From: Squalus acanthias
Taxonomy: Eukaryota
Assembly: GCA_030390025.1 (NCBI GenBank)
Contig: CM059432.1
Coordinates: 54,872,001-54,936,000, forward strand
Length of the DNA: 64,000 nucleotides
Reading direction: 5' to 3'
In this document: positions 28,032 to 42,262 of the stretch, piece by piece
How the letters are laid out: every line of letters starts with the position of its first letter
Position numbering within the stretch: the first letter of the stretch is position 1
Made by a program: the position numbers and the translations under genes
Notes under the pieces: generated by a model
What the model was told of the DNA's origin: nothing
Databases searched by the model: none
What the model saw: the letters and a program-made list of their open reading frames with translations, nothing else

Positions 28032-29564
28032 TAGGAACATAGGAACAGGAGTAGGCCATTCAGTCCCTCGAGCCTACTCCACCATTCAATGAGATCATGG
28101 CTGATCTACGACCTAACTCCATATACCCGCCTTTGGCCCATATCCCTTAATATCTTTGGTTAACAGAAAGCTATCAATCTCCAATTTAAAATTGACAATT
28201 GATCTGGCATCAATTGCTGTTTGCAGAAGAGAGTTCCAAACTTCTATCGCCCTTTGTGTGTAGAAGTGTTTCCTAATTTCACTCCTGAAAGGTCTGGCTC
28301 TAATTTTTAGACTATGCCCCCAAGTCCTAGAATCCCCAACCAGTGGAAATAGTTTCTCTCTACCCTATCTCTTCCCCTTAATATCTTGAAAACTTATATC
28401 CGATCACCCCTTAACCTTCTAAATTCCAGGGAATACAACCCTAATTTGTGCAATCTCTCCTCTTAACTTAACCCTTGAAGTCCGGGTATCATTCTTGTAA
28501 ACCTACGCTGCACTCCCTCCAACGCCAATATATCCTTCCTGAGGTCTGGTGCCCAGAACTGCTCGCAGTACTCCAGGTGTGGTCTAACCAGGGTTTTGTA
28601 TATCTGCAGCATAACTTCTACCCCCCTTGTATTCTAGTCCTCTAGATATAAAGGCCAGCATCCTATTAACCTTTTTGAATATTTTCTGTACCTGTTCATG
28701 ATATTTTAATGATCTATGTACCTGGACCCATTTCGAAAGTACCCTGTTCTATCCTTTTTAGGTCCAAAATGGATGACCTCACATTTGCCTACATTGAAAT
28801 CCATTTGCCACAGTTTTGCCCATTCACTTAATCTGTCGATATCCCTTTGTAATTTTATGCTTTCATCTACAATGCCACCTATCTTTGTGTCATCGTCAAA
28901 TTTGGATATATGACTTTCTATGCCATCATCTAAGTCATTAATAAATACTGTAAATAGTTGATGCCCCAACACAGATCCCTGCGGGACACCACTAGTCACC
29001 TCCTGCCAATTTGAGTACCTACCCATTATCCCTACTGCCTGTCTCCTGCCACTCAGCCAATTTCCTAACCAGGTCAATAACTTGCCCTCAATTCCGTGGG
29101 CTTCTACCTTAGTTAACAGTCTCTTATCTGGGACTTTATCAAATGCCTTCTGGAAGTCCATATAAATAACATCCATAGACATTCCCCTGTCCACTACTTT
29201 AGTCACCTCCTCAAAAAATTCAATCAGGTTTGTCAGGCATGACCTGCCTTTCACAAATCCATGCTGGCTCTCTCTGATCAACTGAAAATTTTCGAGGTGT
29301 TCAGTCACCCTATCCTTAATTATAGACTCTAGCAATTTCCTGACAACAGATGTTAGGCTAACTGGTTTCCCTCTCTCACATTTTTAAATAGCAGAGTGAC
29401 ATGTGCAATTTTCAAATCTAACGGAACGGTTCTTGAATCGAGAGAACTTTGGAAGATTATAGTTAGGACATCTGCAATGTCCTCACCTACTTCCTTTAAA
29501 ACCCTGGGATGGAAACCATCTGGTCCTGGGGATTTGTCACTCTTTAGTGCCATTATTTTCTTCA
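28032..29564 (-). mobile_element. CR1 LINE, 5'-truncated
   Basis: ORF 28706-29335 (209 aa [11 protein letters not shown]) and SPGPDGFHPRVLKE; taggaaca tail. Confidence 0.92.
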
Positions 29565-31361
29565 TACATGGTACTGTTGAATAGTCTTGCCAGATTGCTT
29601 AAAGTGTGCCATCTTCAGCCTATTCCATGTTCTGCAGATACAGTAGGCATTAGTGAGCATGCCTCCCCGTTCCTGGCAGGTGTGGTGAACAACTGTCGTC
29701 TGGGGATGTTGCCCTGGAGTTCTAAACAGGGCAGCCCTCTTCACATCCACCTCCTACAGCAGTATGTCCACTTTGCCAGCCATCAAGCAAGGGGGTCAGT
29801 GGTCGTGCCGCTGCACCATTTTCCCATCAACTTGTTTCATCCCTCCCCGTTAGAGTTTCTGTCCTATCACTCGGCTGTTGCTTCTCCCTCCCACCATAAA
29901 GCCTTTGCAAAGGCTGAAGTGTGCCCAAAACAATTTTCAGTCTTTTAAAAGCCTTTGACATTTTTTAGCTGCATCTATTCACTTATTTAGCGTTAGAGAC
30001 TGCATTTCCTTAATTTTATGCAGGTTTTTAGGGCTATATGCTTGAAATATACTGTGGAGTTCCCTGCCCAAGTGATGACATGCACAGGGTGCATATTTAA
30101 ATGATATTTGAGCTGGCCTCACCATCTGGCAAGCCAACTCCTCATTCTACTAGCATGTGATTTGGAACTCATGCAACAGTTCCAGCAGCTTTTTAGCCAG
30201 GTTCTTGGTAGTCTTGCCATTGTCAGTACTGCTGTCATTCACTCCTGGCTTATTATAATTAAGGCTGTGCTTTTTTCATGGATGCCACAGCTCCATGATT
30301 TTAATGCTTAATCAAAAATCAACGGTCAGAGGTGGTGACTTTCATACTTTAGCAATATGTTTGTCTTTTCAGTCAGCCTGCTTGACCCTCTACCCTACTC
30401 CATGCTGCTCTCCAGTGTACTCCTACCAAGCCCAGTGCCAACTCTCCATCCCACCGCCGCCACAGATGAGAGTGAATGAATATTAAAAATATTCATTTCC
30501 AAAATAAAACTACCACCGCTTTCAGTTGGAGTGTGTGTGTCCTCCAGTCAGGACCCACAATACTGACTCTAGCATCAGCAGCAACTGGCTCAAGTGAAAG
30601 AGCCATTAAAGGCTCGGTTATAGCTTGAGCATGCCAACACCTCCAGTCCCTTTCTTTTTCTCTCTCTTCTCCCCATCCCATCACCCAACAGATTGGATTG
30701 CAGCCCCTATGGAATGCCACCAACCAGGAATAGCCACATTCTTTGCCACTTTAACAGTGGTGGGCAGAAAAGGGAGCAAATTATGCAAAAACAAAATAGT
30801 AAATATAGTTGCGCCAGTGCAGAGGCAGACAGGCTATGTGCTCCATTGGATGCTCCCTCCTAGTTGTTTGATCACTTGATTCTCTTTGTATCACTTTCAG
30901 GTATAATTAAAGTTATTCATGACTGTTCGGAATTTTTACTGGCTTCCATGACTTAACATTTTTTAACTAAATAATCCATTTTCCCAAAAAATTTACCATG
31001 AACGGCTCTACCATTTGCGAGCTATAAGGGTCCGCAGGCCCACAATTGTAACTCACTCAAACCACAAGGACGGATGGTGTAGGAAATGTGAAAATTCACA
31101 TTGCTGCATTGTGAGGAGCTATTCTGAGAGTAGCAGGACACGTTTTTGGGTCAGAATAGATGAGCTTTGTTGTACATCTGGCCCAAGTTATAGGAGTACT
31201 AGATGCTGACTTCGAAAGCCAAAAATGAAAAACTGTTCCATTCTATAGGGGAGGATGATCTCACTGCCAGATGAGGTTGTGGTGTGATTATGACAGATGT
31301 GCCACAATTTCCATGGCAGTACCACTGCAGACTGGATGTGTGAATAAAATCTAAATGGAAC

Positions 31362-31718
31362 AAAAGAACTTGCATTTATATAGCACCTTTCCAAACCTGG
31401 GACACCCCAAAGTGCTTCACAGCTAATGAAATACTTTTGAAGTGTAGTCACTGTTATAACTTAGGGAAATGTGGCAGCCAGTATGTACACAGCAAGGTCC
31501 CACAAACGGCAATGTGATAATAACCATGTAATCTGTTTGTGATGTTGGTTGAGAAATAAATGCTAGCTAGGACACTGGGAGAACTTCCTTGCTCCTCTTC
31601 GAATAGTGCAAGGGCGGGGCCTTGAGTTAACGTCTCCTCTGAAGGATGGCGCCTCCGACAGTGTAGCACTCTTTCAGAACTACACTGGAGCATCAGCTTA
31701 CATTATGGGCTCAAGTCT
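31362..31718 (-). mobile_element. DeuSINE-like SINE
   Basis: Tail aaagaacttgcatttatatagc; body shared with 56045-56363 plus 57070-57161. Confidence 0.7.
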
Positions 31719-32254
31719 GTTAGAAAATTCATATCGCATAGCAGAAGTGTGTAGTGGAATGTAAATGAAGGCCACAAGCTAAGAGCTGAGTCTCTGGGGC
31801 TCACTGATGTTGAAATAGTCCATTGAATGATTTCAGAAGCTAATTGGACCAATTTGCCAGCGTCTACCCTTTGAGTCATAACCCCAAAATGTAGTCTGTG
31901 CAGACAATGTGAAAAAAATATTCAAGTCGCAATGTTTGAGTTGGGTAGTTAAAATGATGGTTGTTACAATTGTCTTGCATAAAAATAATTCCTAACCAAA
32001 AATAGTTTTCAGGAGTTAAATCCAATCCAGACTCTCAAAAGCTATCAGAGAATTCCATTTTAAGGGTTCTACATAAAATCTACACAGCCTGAATTTAGTT
32101 TCTATTTAACAGATTCACAGTACAGGTTTGTCATCACTACAGTAGGTACTTAAAAAAATCACTCATCTGTTTTTATTCTGGATAAAGGATGGGAAAAGTT
32201 TTTAATTTAATAGAGATACAAGTCATTTGCTAATTGTTCAAACATTCTCCACAG

Positions 32255-32463
32255 GTATGGTGAACAGGGAAGTTCTGGAGCAAGTGGAAAGGGGCTACAG
32301 AATGCCTTGCCCTCAGGGATGCCCAGAGTCTCTCCATGAGCTCATGAAACAGTGTTGGAAGAAGGATCCAGATGAAAGACCAACATTCGAATATATACAG
32401 TCCTTCCTAGAAGACTACTTTACTGCTACAGAGCCCCAGTACCAACCTGGAGATAATCTATAA
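32255..32463 (+). CDS. YES1: YES1 last coding exon with the C-terminal inhibitory Tyr
   Basis: cag|GT ATG GTG...TAA; 209 bp; [68 protein letters not shown]. Confidence 0.97.
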
Positions 32464-33845
32464 GCCAAGTCAACTGCAGTAGGCTGTTGGTCTGTCAAGA
32501 CTGAAGGATCCCAAATGGTGGCGTCTCTTCTCGATACTGAACCAACATTGATATACAGTCTGGAATGCCACTGCGCGGTTGCACAGAACCACTTTTTTTT
32601 CTTGAACTGAACACGTGTCGTCATTTGCCATTTCACTTCAGGGTACTAAAGGAATTTTTGTGAACACTAATCATTTTTAGGTTAAATATGGTGTAGGAAC
32701 AACAGGGCCCATATTTCTAAATGTGAAGACCTATACGATCTTATAAAACTCTAACCTAGGTATTAACTAAAGTCCTGTATTTTTGAAGAGGAATAAGTCT
32801 TTAACTTTTTAGACTATTGATATAGCAATCTGACTTAAACTTCTTAGACTAAATTTGCCTGGGTCTGTTAAATGTAGAGTGAGTGCAAGAGTTAATCTTG
32901 ATTTATTGGGAGACCTCAATAATCAGATGACTGTATGTGTGAGTATTGCACTGTGTTCAATACTTCTACTGATGTAACTGGAAATGCAGCATGAGATTTT
33001 AAATTTTATACATAGTTTGCTTGGGTTTAATTGAAAAACACAGGAAAATAATGAACTAATGTTTTGTAACATTGTTTATAAACTAAACTACAATTCTTTT
33101 TAAACTTGAAATCATGTACAATTAGCTTCATGGAAGTAGGTATGGGGTGCTTTTTGATTTTTGTTGGGAAAAGTTGATTTCAGAATGAACAAATGTCCAT
33201 TAGTGACTGTAAAAGGTTTGGTATTTAAAGATGTAGCTTATTTCTACAAAAGAAACATGCTGAAAATCAGAAATCATGAACAAAGTAATCATAACTTGCA
33301 GATCCAGACATATCGAGCAATAATTGATGGGGTGGTACTGCTGCAATTGTGATAGTGACCGAGCTAGAAGTGTCAATCATGTGTGAACTGCAACTGTAAG
33401 TTTATTATATACTGTGGGAAGGAATGCTGAAACTTAGTCATGGTCTTATCAGTGCTGAAGCACAATTCCCTGAAAGTGAGCAACAGCATTTCTGGATAAC
33501 GAATTCTAACTTCCAAATGTTTACAGGACTTGCTCTAGCTGTGGAAGGTGTTCTACAGAGCACATCTTCCTAATCAGTGCCATCACTTGTACATTTTTCA
33601 CTCCAATTTATTTTGTGATAGCAGTTTTAAAGGTCTCTGTATGAAATCACGGAATCTATGATTTTTGTTTTTGTAACATTTTTGAAAATAAGCAAGCTTG
33701 ATTGTCTGTTTTCTGTACTAATATCAGAACTCCAGCACTGCCAGAAATGCTTTCTGGTGATGTCATTTTGTTTCATTACTGAACTGAATCATTCCTGTAA
33801 TAGCATTTGTACAGTAAATAAACACTAATTTGTGTCACCTTCTTA
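32464..33845 (+). other. YES1: YES1 3' UTR (approximate)
   Basis: AT-rich stretch with no recognisable repeats after the stop codon, ending near the AATAAA at 33817. Confidence 0.6.
33817..33822 (+). terminator. Candidate YES1 polyadenylation signal
   Basis: AATAAA with TGTA motifs just upstream and GT/T-rich sequence downstream (tttgtgtc...). Confidence 0.6.
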
Positions 33846-34489
33846 ATTATTGCTTTACCCAGAGAAAAATTGCTTTGTTTTTCGGTATTTCACAATCTCA
33901 TCCCATTTCTTTCTCATCACTTCCTCCCCAAGACAAATTTCCTACTGCAGTGCACAATTTTCTGTTTTGTTCCATTTATAGTGTTCACTTGCAATATCTA
34001 CTGTATTGCGATCCCATCTCTAAGGCAATTCCATTAATTTCCAAGATATGTGGAAAAACCATGCAGAAAGGATTTCTCTTTAGCTGCCATATCTATAAAG
34101 TTTTCTGTGCCAGTGAAATTCAGTATGCTTTGCAGTCTTGCCCATTGATTCAACAACTTCCACATACAAATAACCTGGCAACCATCAATACTTTGTGAGA
34201 TGTGAGGGGGAATAGGAGGACAAGGAACCACAGACATCATTCCTTTAGCAGTCTGGTATAATGTAAAAATGTTGTTTACATGGTTTCTCTTGCTATTTTT
34301 GATATATTACAGGAATTTATGCAATTGCACCTCTTCACAATATTTAGGGCACCAGAAAAAAGTTACTCTACTGTTTAAATTTGTCTGTTAATCGGTACTG
34401 CTTACACTGTTTTCAACCTTGCTGAATGGAGAAATTAGAATTGTTTGAAGCTTTTGTTGAAGTTTGGACTGCCATTAATATGCTGACTT

Positions 34490-34770
34490 CTGGGGGATTG
34501 GGTGATAGTGTGGGATGGACACTATCCTTTTGACCTCTGGGACTTGGATTCAAACCCAGCCCACACAAATGCTAATGAGATGAAAGATCCCTCAGTAAGC
34601 ATGGGTTTACAACACAAAATTATCTCCAATTCAGCACTAATTGTTAATCTGGGTTGTGAAATAGAAAAATGTCACAGCTGTTTTTCTGAGGTTGGGGGTG
34701 AGGCACATTATAAAGGGAACCTTGCATCTGCCTGTGATACCTGGCTTGATGCTGCCGTTTCCATTACCTA
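34490..34770 (+). mobile_element. Old tRNA-derived SINE resembling LF-SINE
   Basis: ccttttgacctctgggacttggattcaaacccagccc head and ggtgaggcacatt internal motif, compared from memory with the LF-SINE consensus. Confidence 0.4.
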
Positions 34771-35321
34771 GCAGTAATGTCCCTCAGCTTAATAAGCATA
34801 CAAAGTGCTGACTTCCAGAATCGCAATAACCAGCTTTCCAACCAAATCATGCTCTATTTTGCTCATTCCCAGCATCCAATTCCAAGATCTGAACGCTTCC
34901 AATTGAGTGAATGGCACAGGAAGTTGTATGTGACTTTGCAGAACTTCTTAAACTGCACAACTATTCAAAGTTAATCAGCAATTTGGTGAAAGTTCTTGTA
35001 GAATAGGATTATTTCAGTCAATGCTACGGGTAAAGCTATACTTCAGACTCATCCAAGCACTCTTAGCTCCAGGTCTGTTCTGCAACATCTACAGAGTTAC
35101 CTTTCAGAAGACCAGGATGGAGGTGTCGAGGTTATTTGACACTCCGCTTCCTTCAGCTGAATCTTTAAGACTTTCAAGTTTCAACCAATCAGTTCTGTAA
35201 TTTCTCTGGTGCTATCCACAACAAATACCACAAAGATAGCAATACTAATGAAACCTACTTCCCCCAAAGAACAATCAACTATCACGTTAAATTACCCCCA
35301 CAGCTGTAGCAAAGCCACATA

Positions 35322-36705
35322 CCAATCTGGCCAATTACCGCCCCATCAGTCTATTCTCAATCATCAGCAAAGTGATGGATGGTGTTGTCGACTGTGCTTT
35401 CAAGCAGTACTTACCAATAACCTGCTCACTGACGCCTAGTTTGGGTTCTGCCAGGACCACTCTGCTCCAGACCTCATAACAGCCTTGGTCCAAACATGGA
35501 TAAAAAGGGCTGAATTCCAGAGGTGAGGGGGGAGTGACTGCCCTTGACATCAAGGCAGTATTTAACCGAGTGACATATCAAGGAGCCCGAGTAAAACTAA
35601 AGTCAATGGCAATCGGGGTGAGAAACTCTCCACTGGCTGGAGTCATACCTAGCACAAAGGAAGATGGTTGTGGTGGCTGGAGGTCAATCATCACAGCCCC
35701 AGGACATCACTGCAGGATTTCCTCAGGGCAGTGTCCTAGGCCCAACCATCTTCAACTGCTTCATCAATGACCTTACCTCCATCATAAGGTCAGAAGTGGG
35801 GATGTTCGCTGAAGACTGCACAGTGTTCAGTGCTTTTCGCAACTCCTCAGATAATGAAGCAGTCCATGACCGCATGCAGCAAGACCTGGATGACATTAAG
35901 GCTTAGGCTGATAAGTGGCAGGTAACATTTGTGCCACGCAAGTGCCATGTAATGACTATCTCCAACAAGTGAGCGTCTAAACACCACCCCTTGACATTCA
36001 ATGGCACTACCATCACTGAATCCCCCACCATCAATATCCTGGGGGTTACCATTGACCAGAAACTTAACTGGACCAGCCACATAAATACTGTGGCAACGAG
36101 CAGGTTAGAGGCTGGATATTCTGCGGCAAGTGTCTCACCTCTTGACTCCCCAAAGCCTTTCCACCATCTACAAGGCACAAGTCAGGAGTGTGATGGAATA
36201 CTCACCACTTGCCTGCATGAGTGCAGCTCCAACAACACTCAAGAAGCTCGACACCATCCAAGACAAAGCAGCCCGCTTGATTGGCACCACATCGGCCACC
36301 TTAAACATTCACTCCCTCCACCACCGGCGTACCATGGCTGCAGTGTGTACCATCTACACGATGCACTGCAGCAACTCGCCAAGGCTTCTTTGCCAGCACC
36401 TTCCAAACCCGCGACCTCTACCACCTAGAAGGACAGCGGTAGCAGGCGCATGGGAACACCACCACCTCCAAGTTCCCCTCCAAGTCACACACCATCCTGA
36501 CTTGAAAATATATTGCCGTTCCTTCATCGTCGCTGGGTCAAAATCCTAGAACTCTCTCCCTAACAGCACTGTGGGAGTACCTTCACCACACGGACTGCAG
36601 CGGTTCAAGAAGGCGGCTCACCACCGCCTTCTCAATGGCAACTAGGGATGGGCAATAAATGCTGGCCTTGCCAGCGACACCCACATCCCATGAACGAATA
36701 TTTTT
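35322..36705 (+). mobile_element. Second CR1/L2-group LINE family, 5'-truncated
   Basis: RT pieces [20 protein letters not shown]...MFAEDCT and STIYKAQVRSVMEYSPL; 3' end ...cacatcccatgaacgaata. Confidence 0.85.
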
Positions 36706-37299
36706 TAAAAATACCACCTGATACTGCAGCACATACTGGTATTTAAGCTCAAATTAGAATTTGTAGTGATCTCCCTGTATCTCCACAAGGATTGACAGGT
36801 CAACATTAAACCATTCTTATAAATGTATTAACTAGGAACACCACTGGTTCTTGGAGGGCACAATTCCATTCACTTACTGTGAGACATGGTTTTGCTATTA
36901 GCCCAAATTCTTCAAGTAGTCCATCAAACGGAAAGATATCTTCTCTGTATCTCAGGTGATAGTTTCTTATTACTTTTACATTATACACCCTGAGACCCAG
37001 CCACAAGCCAGGATATTCTCCTGAATAACTGGATTTGCTGATTTCTACCATGTCCGAATTTATGCTCCCACCCCTCATACTGAGATCCACTTCTGGGAGA
37101 ACTTAGGACAGATTTTCCTTGATTTACAGCCAGGGTTGATAAATTGTATATAGTTCTTGTAGCCTAAGAATTTTTAATTTCAGCTGTTACGGATTTCCTT
37201 TGAAAAACTCCACAGATACCAAATCGCTCATCAACGATAATACACTGATATCTCTGGAATGTACAAGGGGATGAGTTTGCCTTTTTTGCACTGTTGCCT

Positions 37300-38650
37300 A
37301 TTTTATAAGCCAGAGCATCTCCAGCAGTGGTTTCTCTTCCCACCCCTCTACTCACATCTGGAGTCCCCCAAGAACCATTCTTGGCCCCTTCCTCCTTGCC
37401 TTGGCAATATCATCTGCAGACATAGGACTGGATTTTACACTGTCATGTAACGAGATGATTCCATGGCCATTCAACTCCTACCCTGCTTACCTGACGTGAT
37501 CCCCGAGCAGCATGGACCCCATGGGCGACCTGGTAAATTCTGAAGGTGAAGCTGAGCTGAAAATAGTTCTTAATGCTGTGTTAACAAGGTTGTAATGACC
37601 TTAATTGCCTCCCCTGCCACTGCGTGTTGGGTCAGCTCAGTGCTGACAGACCCGACATTTAGGAAAGGCACGTGGCGGCGGGTTGTCAGCGGGGTCCTGA
37701 CCCGCTGTCAAAAACAAAAATTTTCCCACCCAACCCGCCACAAATCGTGTCCACTGATCCCCCAGAAAATTCCCCCCCCCATAGGGTCAGCTTCCACGTA
37801 TACACAGATACCTAGCTCTCCACTACTCTCAACCTCTTCACAGTGCTGTCCGACTGCATGTCCAACATCTCCTCTTGGATGAGTCTTAATTTCCTGCAGT
37901 CAAACGCTGGGAAGTCCCCCTACCCAGCTCCTCCCTTAGGCTGAACCAGACTGTTTGCAGCCTCGCGTTCTGTTCAACCCTGAGCAGTGTTTCTAACCCC
38001 ATATCCTCACCATCACAAAGAACATCTACTTTCACCTCCATAACACCACCCGCCTCAGCCCATTTGCTGCTGAATCCCTCATACTTCTGGCACTTCCAGA
38101 CTCTTACTCCAATGCTCTCCTTGCCGACCTTCCATTCTCCACTTCCATAAATGTCAATTCATTCAAAAGTCTGCTTTTTGTATCTTATCCTGCACTCAGT
38201 CCTGGTGGCCAATCGCCCCCATCCTCACTGGCCTACATTGACGCCTTACCCCCTTGCAACTCAAATTTAAAATTATAATATTTGTCTTTAAATCCCTGCA
38301 TGGCCTCATTCCTCCTTATTTCTGTAACTTCCCCCAACCCCATAATACCCCCTAACCCGAATTTCCTCTGACAACGGTACTCTTGCACATTCTTGCCTCC
38401 CTTCACTCAGCATTGGTCCACTGGCTGTGCTTTCAACTGCCCAAGTCCAATTGTCTGAAATTCCCTTCCTAAATCATCCTGCCACTTCATTTCCCTCTCC
38501 TCCTTTAATAGCCACCATTTTGACCTTTTGCTCACCCCCGCTCACCCCTTCCCCCATTTCTACTCCTCTGGCTCAGTGAGCATTTTCCTCATGGGACACA
38601 CCATGGGACTTTTTTTCTACATTAAAGCTGCTATAGAAATGTAAGTTGTT
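37300..38650 (+). mobile_element. Old L2 LINE fragment interrupted by a Harbinger MITE
   Basis: Decayed GVPQ...LGP RT motif; L2 tail taaagctgctatagaaatgtaagttgtt. Confidence 0.65.
37425..37780 (-). mobile_element. Harbinger-type MITE related to the terminus of 26105-27662
   Basis: Right ~190 bp is the reverse complement of 26105-26290; 3-bp TSD ATA; removing it restores L2 sequence. Confidence 0.75.
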
Positions 38651-39612
38651 TCATCTATCAATATCCAAATGATTGCATTAAGGTCTTTATCGAGATACTA
38701 CAAGACCTCAATCCATCACATCATGATGTTTGAGGAAGTCCTGCTAAATGCGCGTATGGTAGTGTAGTGGTTATGATAGTAGAGTATGTAACCCAAAGGT
38801 AGTAAGTTCATACTCCTATCCACGGCAAGTTGTGAAATTCAACAATTAAGGTGCTTTGTGAGTTAACAGCATGAAGGCTGCCAGTTTTTCATAAAAACTG
38901 AATGCTGCAGGTATGGATTTGCTCATTTGAATCTAGCACAAACTCTCATGCAAAAATCCCTTCCTATTTATCCCTCTGACAATGCATTGGGACCACATTT
39001 TCATGTGTCTTTGTAATTTTTTTGCATCACCTTCGTTTTAGCTGCTGTCTCCTCTTAGGAGCTGATATTTGATCCCACAGTGAGACCCCATATAATGCAG
39101 CAATGGAAAGAGCCGCATGAACACTGCAGCTCTTGCATGGAGCCAGATGACTAAAAGAACAGTGCCACTGTTGAGGCTGCCGCAAAACACGAATGGAGGC
39201 TGAATCCATATGTGGAAAACAAGAAACTTTTATTCACTGCATGGCACACAAAATGGCTGAGAAAACTGCTCCCAGAATTCTCTGGAAAAACTCCCAGAAT
39301 TCTCTGGGTAAAACCTGAGGCCCCGCCCCCTTCTGACTTAAAGGTAAGGTGCCTTAAAGGGGAAGGTGCTGGAAATTTGTCCACAGACGGAAGAGTGGAT
39401 TATGCCCGTTTTAGGTGGTGATCCGCCACACCACGCTAGTTTATCTCCTGTTTGATAATGGCCTATTCATTTGTATGTCGAAGCTGTGTTCAAAGAATGA
39501 GGAAAACATATCTAATCATAGGTAATCAAGCATTATATCACCTCAAGAATGTTTAAGAACTGGTATTACTTGTTGAACGTTTTACCCTAAAGCTGCCCAC
39601 AGGAGAATTTTA

Positions 39613-40058
39613 GCTATGAGGCAACATTAGATAGGCTGGGGTTGTTTTCTTTGGAACAGAGGAGGCTGAGAGGAAATGTAATTGAAGTGTATAAAATTAT
39701 GAGGGGCCTAGATAGAGTGGATAGGAAGGACCTATTTCCCTTAGCAGAGAGGTCAATAACCAGGGGGCATAGATTTAAAGTAATTGGTAGAATGATTAGA
39801 GGGGAGTTGAGGAGAACTTTTTTCACCCAGAGGGTGGTGGAGGTCTGGAACTCACTGCCTGAAAGGGTGATAGAGGCAGAAACCCTCATCACATTTAAAA
39901 AGTACTTGGATATGCACTTGAAGTGCTGTAAACTTCAGGGCTACGGACCAAGAGCTGGAAAGTGGGATTAGGCTGGATAGCTCCTTTTTGGCCGGCACAG
40001 ACACGATGGGCTGAATGGCTTCCTTCTGTGCTGTAAGCTTCTATGATTCTATGATTAT
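39613..40058 (+). mobile_element. CR1 3' fragment
   Basis: ORF 39642-39971 FSLEQRRLRGNVIEVYKIMRG...FFTQRVVEVWNSLP; ttctatga tail repeats. Confidence 0.88.
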
Positions 40059-40131
40059 GAGGCTTTTATGTTCACAGCAAATCACTGGAAGAGTGATGCT
40101 CAAGCAAAAGCCTTTAACCTACAAGCAAGTA

Positions 40132-40531
40132 CAGGAAACTCTTTATTAACCGGCACTGATGGGACCGACGTGGTGCCGGTTTATCGAAAGTACCGGATAA
40201 CGGAGAGTTATATCTACCGAGGCTATTTTTAACAAAGAAAAATAAATAAATCAAGAAATGTGCAGTATACTTCCGACAGCGCCAGGAGGCCGAGTAGTGG
40301 CACTTTTGAAAACTACCCCTACTGACTAAATCGGCGTTCACGGACTCGGACTCGGGATCGGCAACATTGCCGGTTATTTGAGAGGAGTTTTTGGAGTACT
40401 CGGCATTCGCGGAGACTCGACTGCGACTCGGCAACATTGCCGGTTATTTGAGAGGAGTTTTCGGAGGATGATTTTTGCCGGTTAAGCGAGAATTCCGGAT
40501 ATTTGGGTGCCGGATAAACAAAAGTTTCCTG
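40132..40531. mobile_element. Tigger/pogo-like MITE with the same TIR family as 13296-13731, opposite orientation
   Basis: caggaaactctttattaaccggcac ... gtgccggataaacaaaagtttcctg; TA TSD; internal ~35-bp duplication. Confidence 0.87.
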
Positions 40532-40737
40532 TACTTACTATGGGGCTGAAAATCCACATTGTCATTTGTGCTGCAGTGACACCAGCAGGGCAGGACTTCC
40601 AATGGCCAGTGAATTACTCAATCACTACCAAATTTGTGCTGTCAGCTCATTACCATAACAAATAGCAGACCAGGAAAGCAACTCCCGTGTATCATGGGTG
40701 TAAATTTCCGGCAGTGGGAGGAAACTTGTTGTTGCAT

Positions 40738-41633
40738 CATCACCTCTCTCAACACCTCCACTGCCTTTGATTTGTCACGCTGCTTGTCTGAAATCCAGTA
40801 TTGGATGAGCAGAAATTTCCTTCAATTAAATATTGGGAAGACAGAATCCATTGTCTTCAGATGCCACCACAAACTCTGTTCTCTGGCCACTGTCTGAGGC
40901 TGAACCAGACCGTTCACAACCTTGGCGTCCTATTTGACCTGAGATGAGCTTCCAACCCCATATCCTGTCCATCACCAAGACCGCCTACTTCCACCTCCGT
41001 AACATTGCCCATCTCCACCCCTGCCTCAGCTCATCTGCTGCTGAAAACCTCACCATGTCTTTGTTTCCTCTAGACTCAACTATTCCAATGCTCTCCTGGC
41101 TGACCTCCCATCTTCCACCCTCCGTAAACTTGACCTCATCCAAAATTCAGCTACCCTTATCCTAACTCGCACCAAGTCCCGTTCACCCATCACCCCTGTG
41201 CTCGCTGATCTACATCTACGTCTGCCCGCCTCAATTTTAAAATTCACATCTTTGTTTTCAAATCCCTCCATGGCCTCGCCCCTCCCTATCTCTGTAGCCT
41301 CTTCCAGCCCTACAGCCCTCCAAGATCTCTGCGCTCCTCCAATTATGGCCTCTTGAGCATCCCTGATTTTCTTCGCTCCACCATTGTCGGCCGTGCCTTC
41401 ATCTGCCTAGGCCCTAAGCTCTGGAATTCCCTCCCTAAACCTCTCTGCCTCTCTATCTTTCCTCCTTTAAGACCCTCCTTAAAACCTACCTCTTTGACCA
41501 AGCTTTTGGTCACCTGTCCTAATATCTCTTTATGTGGCTCGGTGTGAAATATTTTCTGATTACGCTCCTGTGAATCGCCTTGGGATGTTTTACTACGTTA
41601 AAGGCGTTATATAAATGCAAGTTGTTGTTGTTG
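40738..41633 (+). mobile_element. L2 LINE 3' portion
   Basis: ITKTAYFHLRNIAHLHPCLS motif; tail taaaggcgttatataaatgcaa(gtt)n. Confidence 0.87.
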
Positions 41634-42262
41634 CAGGATTTAAAAGTCTGCAGCAAGTTAAGATGCCAGCAGATTCCTGGAGGCACAGCAGGTAATTGGT
41701 ATATTTTGTCCTCCAGCATTTGACAAGAATGCTTAATTGCAGTGATTTCTTACCAAAAGGATTCCACCTGTTTTCTCAACACTGCATTATGGCTTCCACA
41801 TCAGGTACTGGGGGATCACAAGGAAGGCCCCAAACAAGCGGTAACAGAACAAGAAGGTGAGCCCAAAAAAACTCTGGCCGTTCGAGGCCCCACCCCAGAA
41901 TAGCTACCTTCCCCTGACCATACATATTGAACGGCTCAGCATAGAAGCCAGCTAATTTCCCGCCCTCCCACAATCAGCGAGTTGCAGTCTCAGCCCCTCC
42001 TGATCTAGCAAGGCAGCAAAAGCAGCCATTTAAGACTCCTAAAGTTCTCTCAATGGCAACTCCAGTAGAGGCATGTGCATCTTCTGTATCTCCTTAGCTG
42101 TGTGATCCGTTATATTATGTGGTACTGTGTATGCACATTTGTGCACTAGATTTGAAGTGTCTGTATTTATCTCGTGTAGAAATTGCTTTGCATTCTTAAG
42201 GACAGTGAGCAAAAACTGAACAACAACTTGCTGTTATTGTGTAGGAGATAACTGAGTTGCTG

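Noticed and set aside
29566..29945. Possible further Myb/SANT (Harbinger) remnant, EVDVKRAALF...RTWNRL on the minus strand
   Set aside because: Similarity is too weak and no TIRs or TSD could be placed
36806..39209. Short ORFs (36806-37090, 39027-39209) as exons of a neighbouring gene such as ENOSF1 or TYMS
   Set aside because: No recognisable protein similarity and no consistent chain of splice sites
41637..41691. Exon-like AG...GT segment after the L2 tail
   Set aside because: The acceptor derives from the L2 (gtt)n tail, the peptide is unrecognised and no partner exons were found
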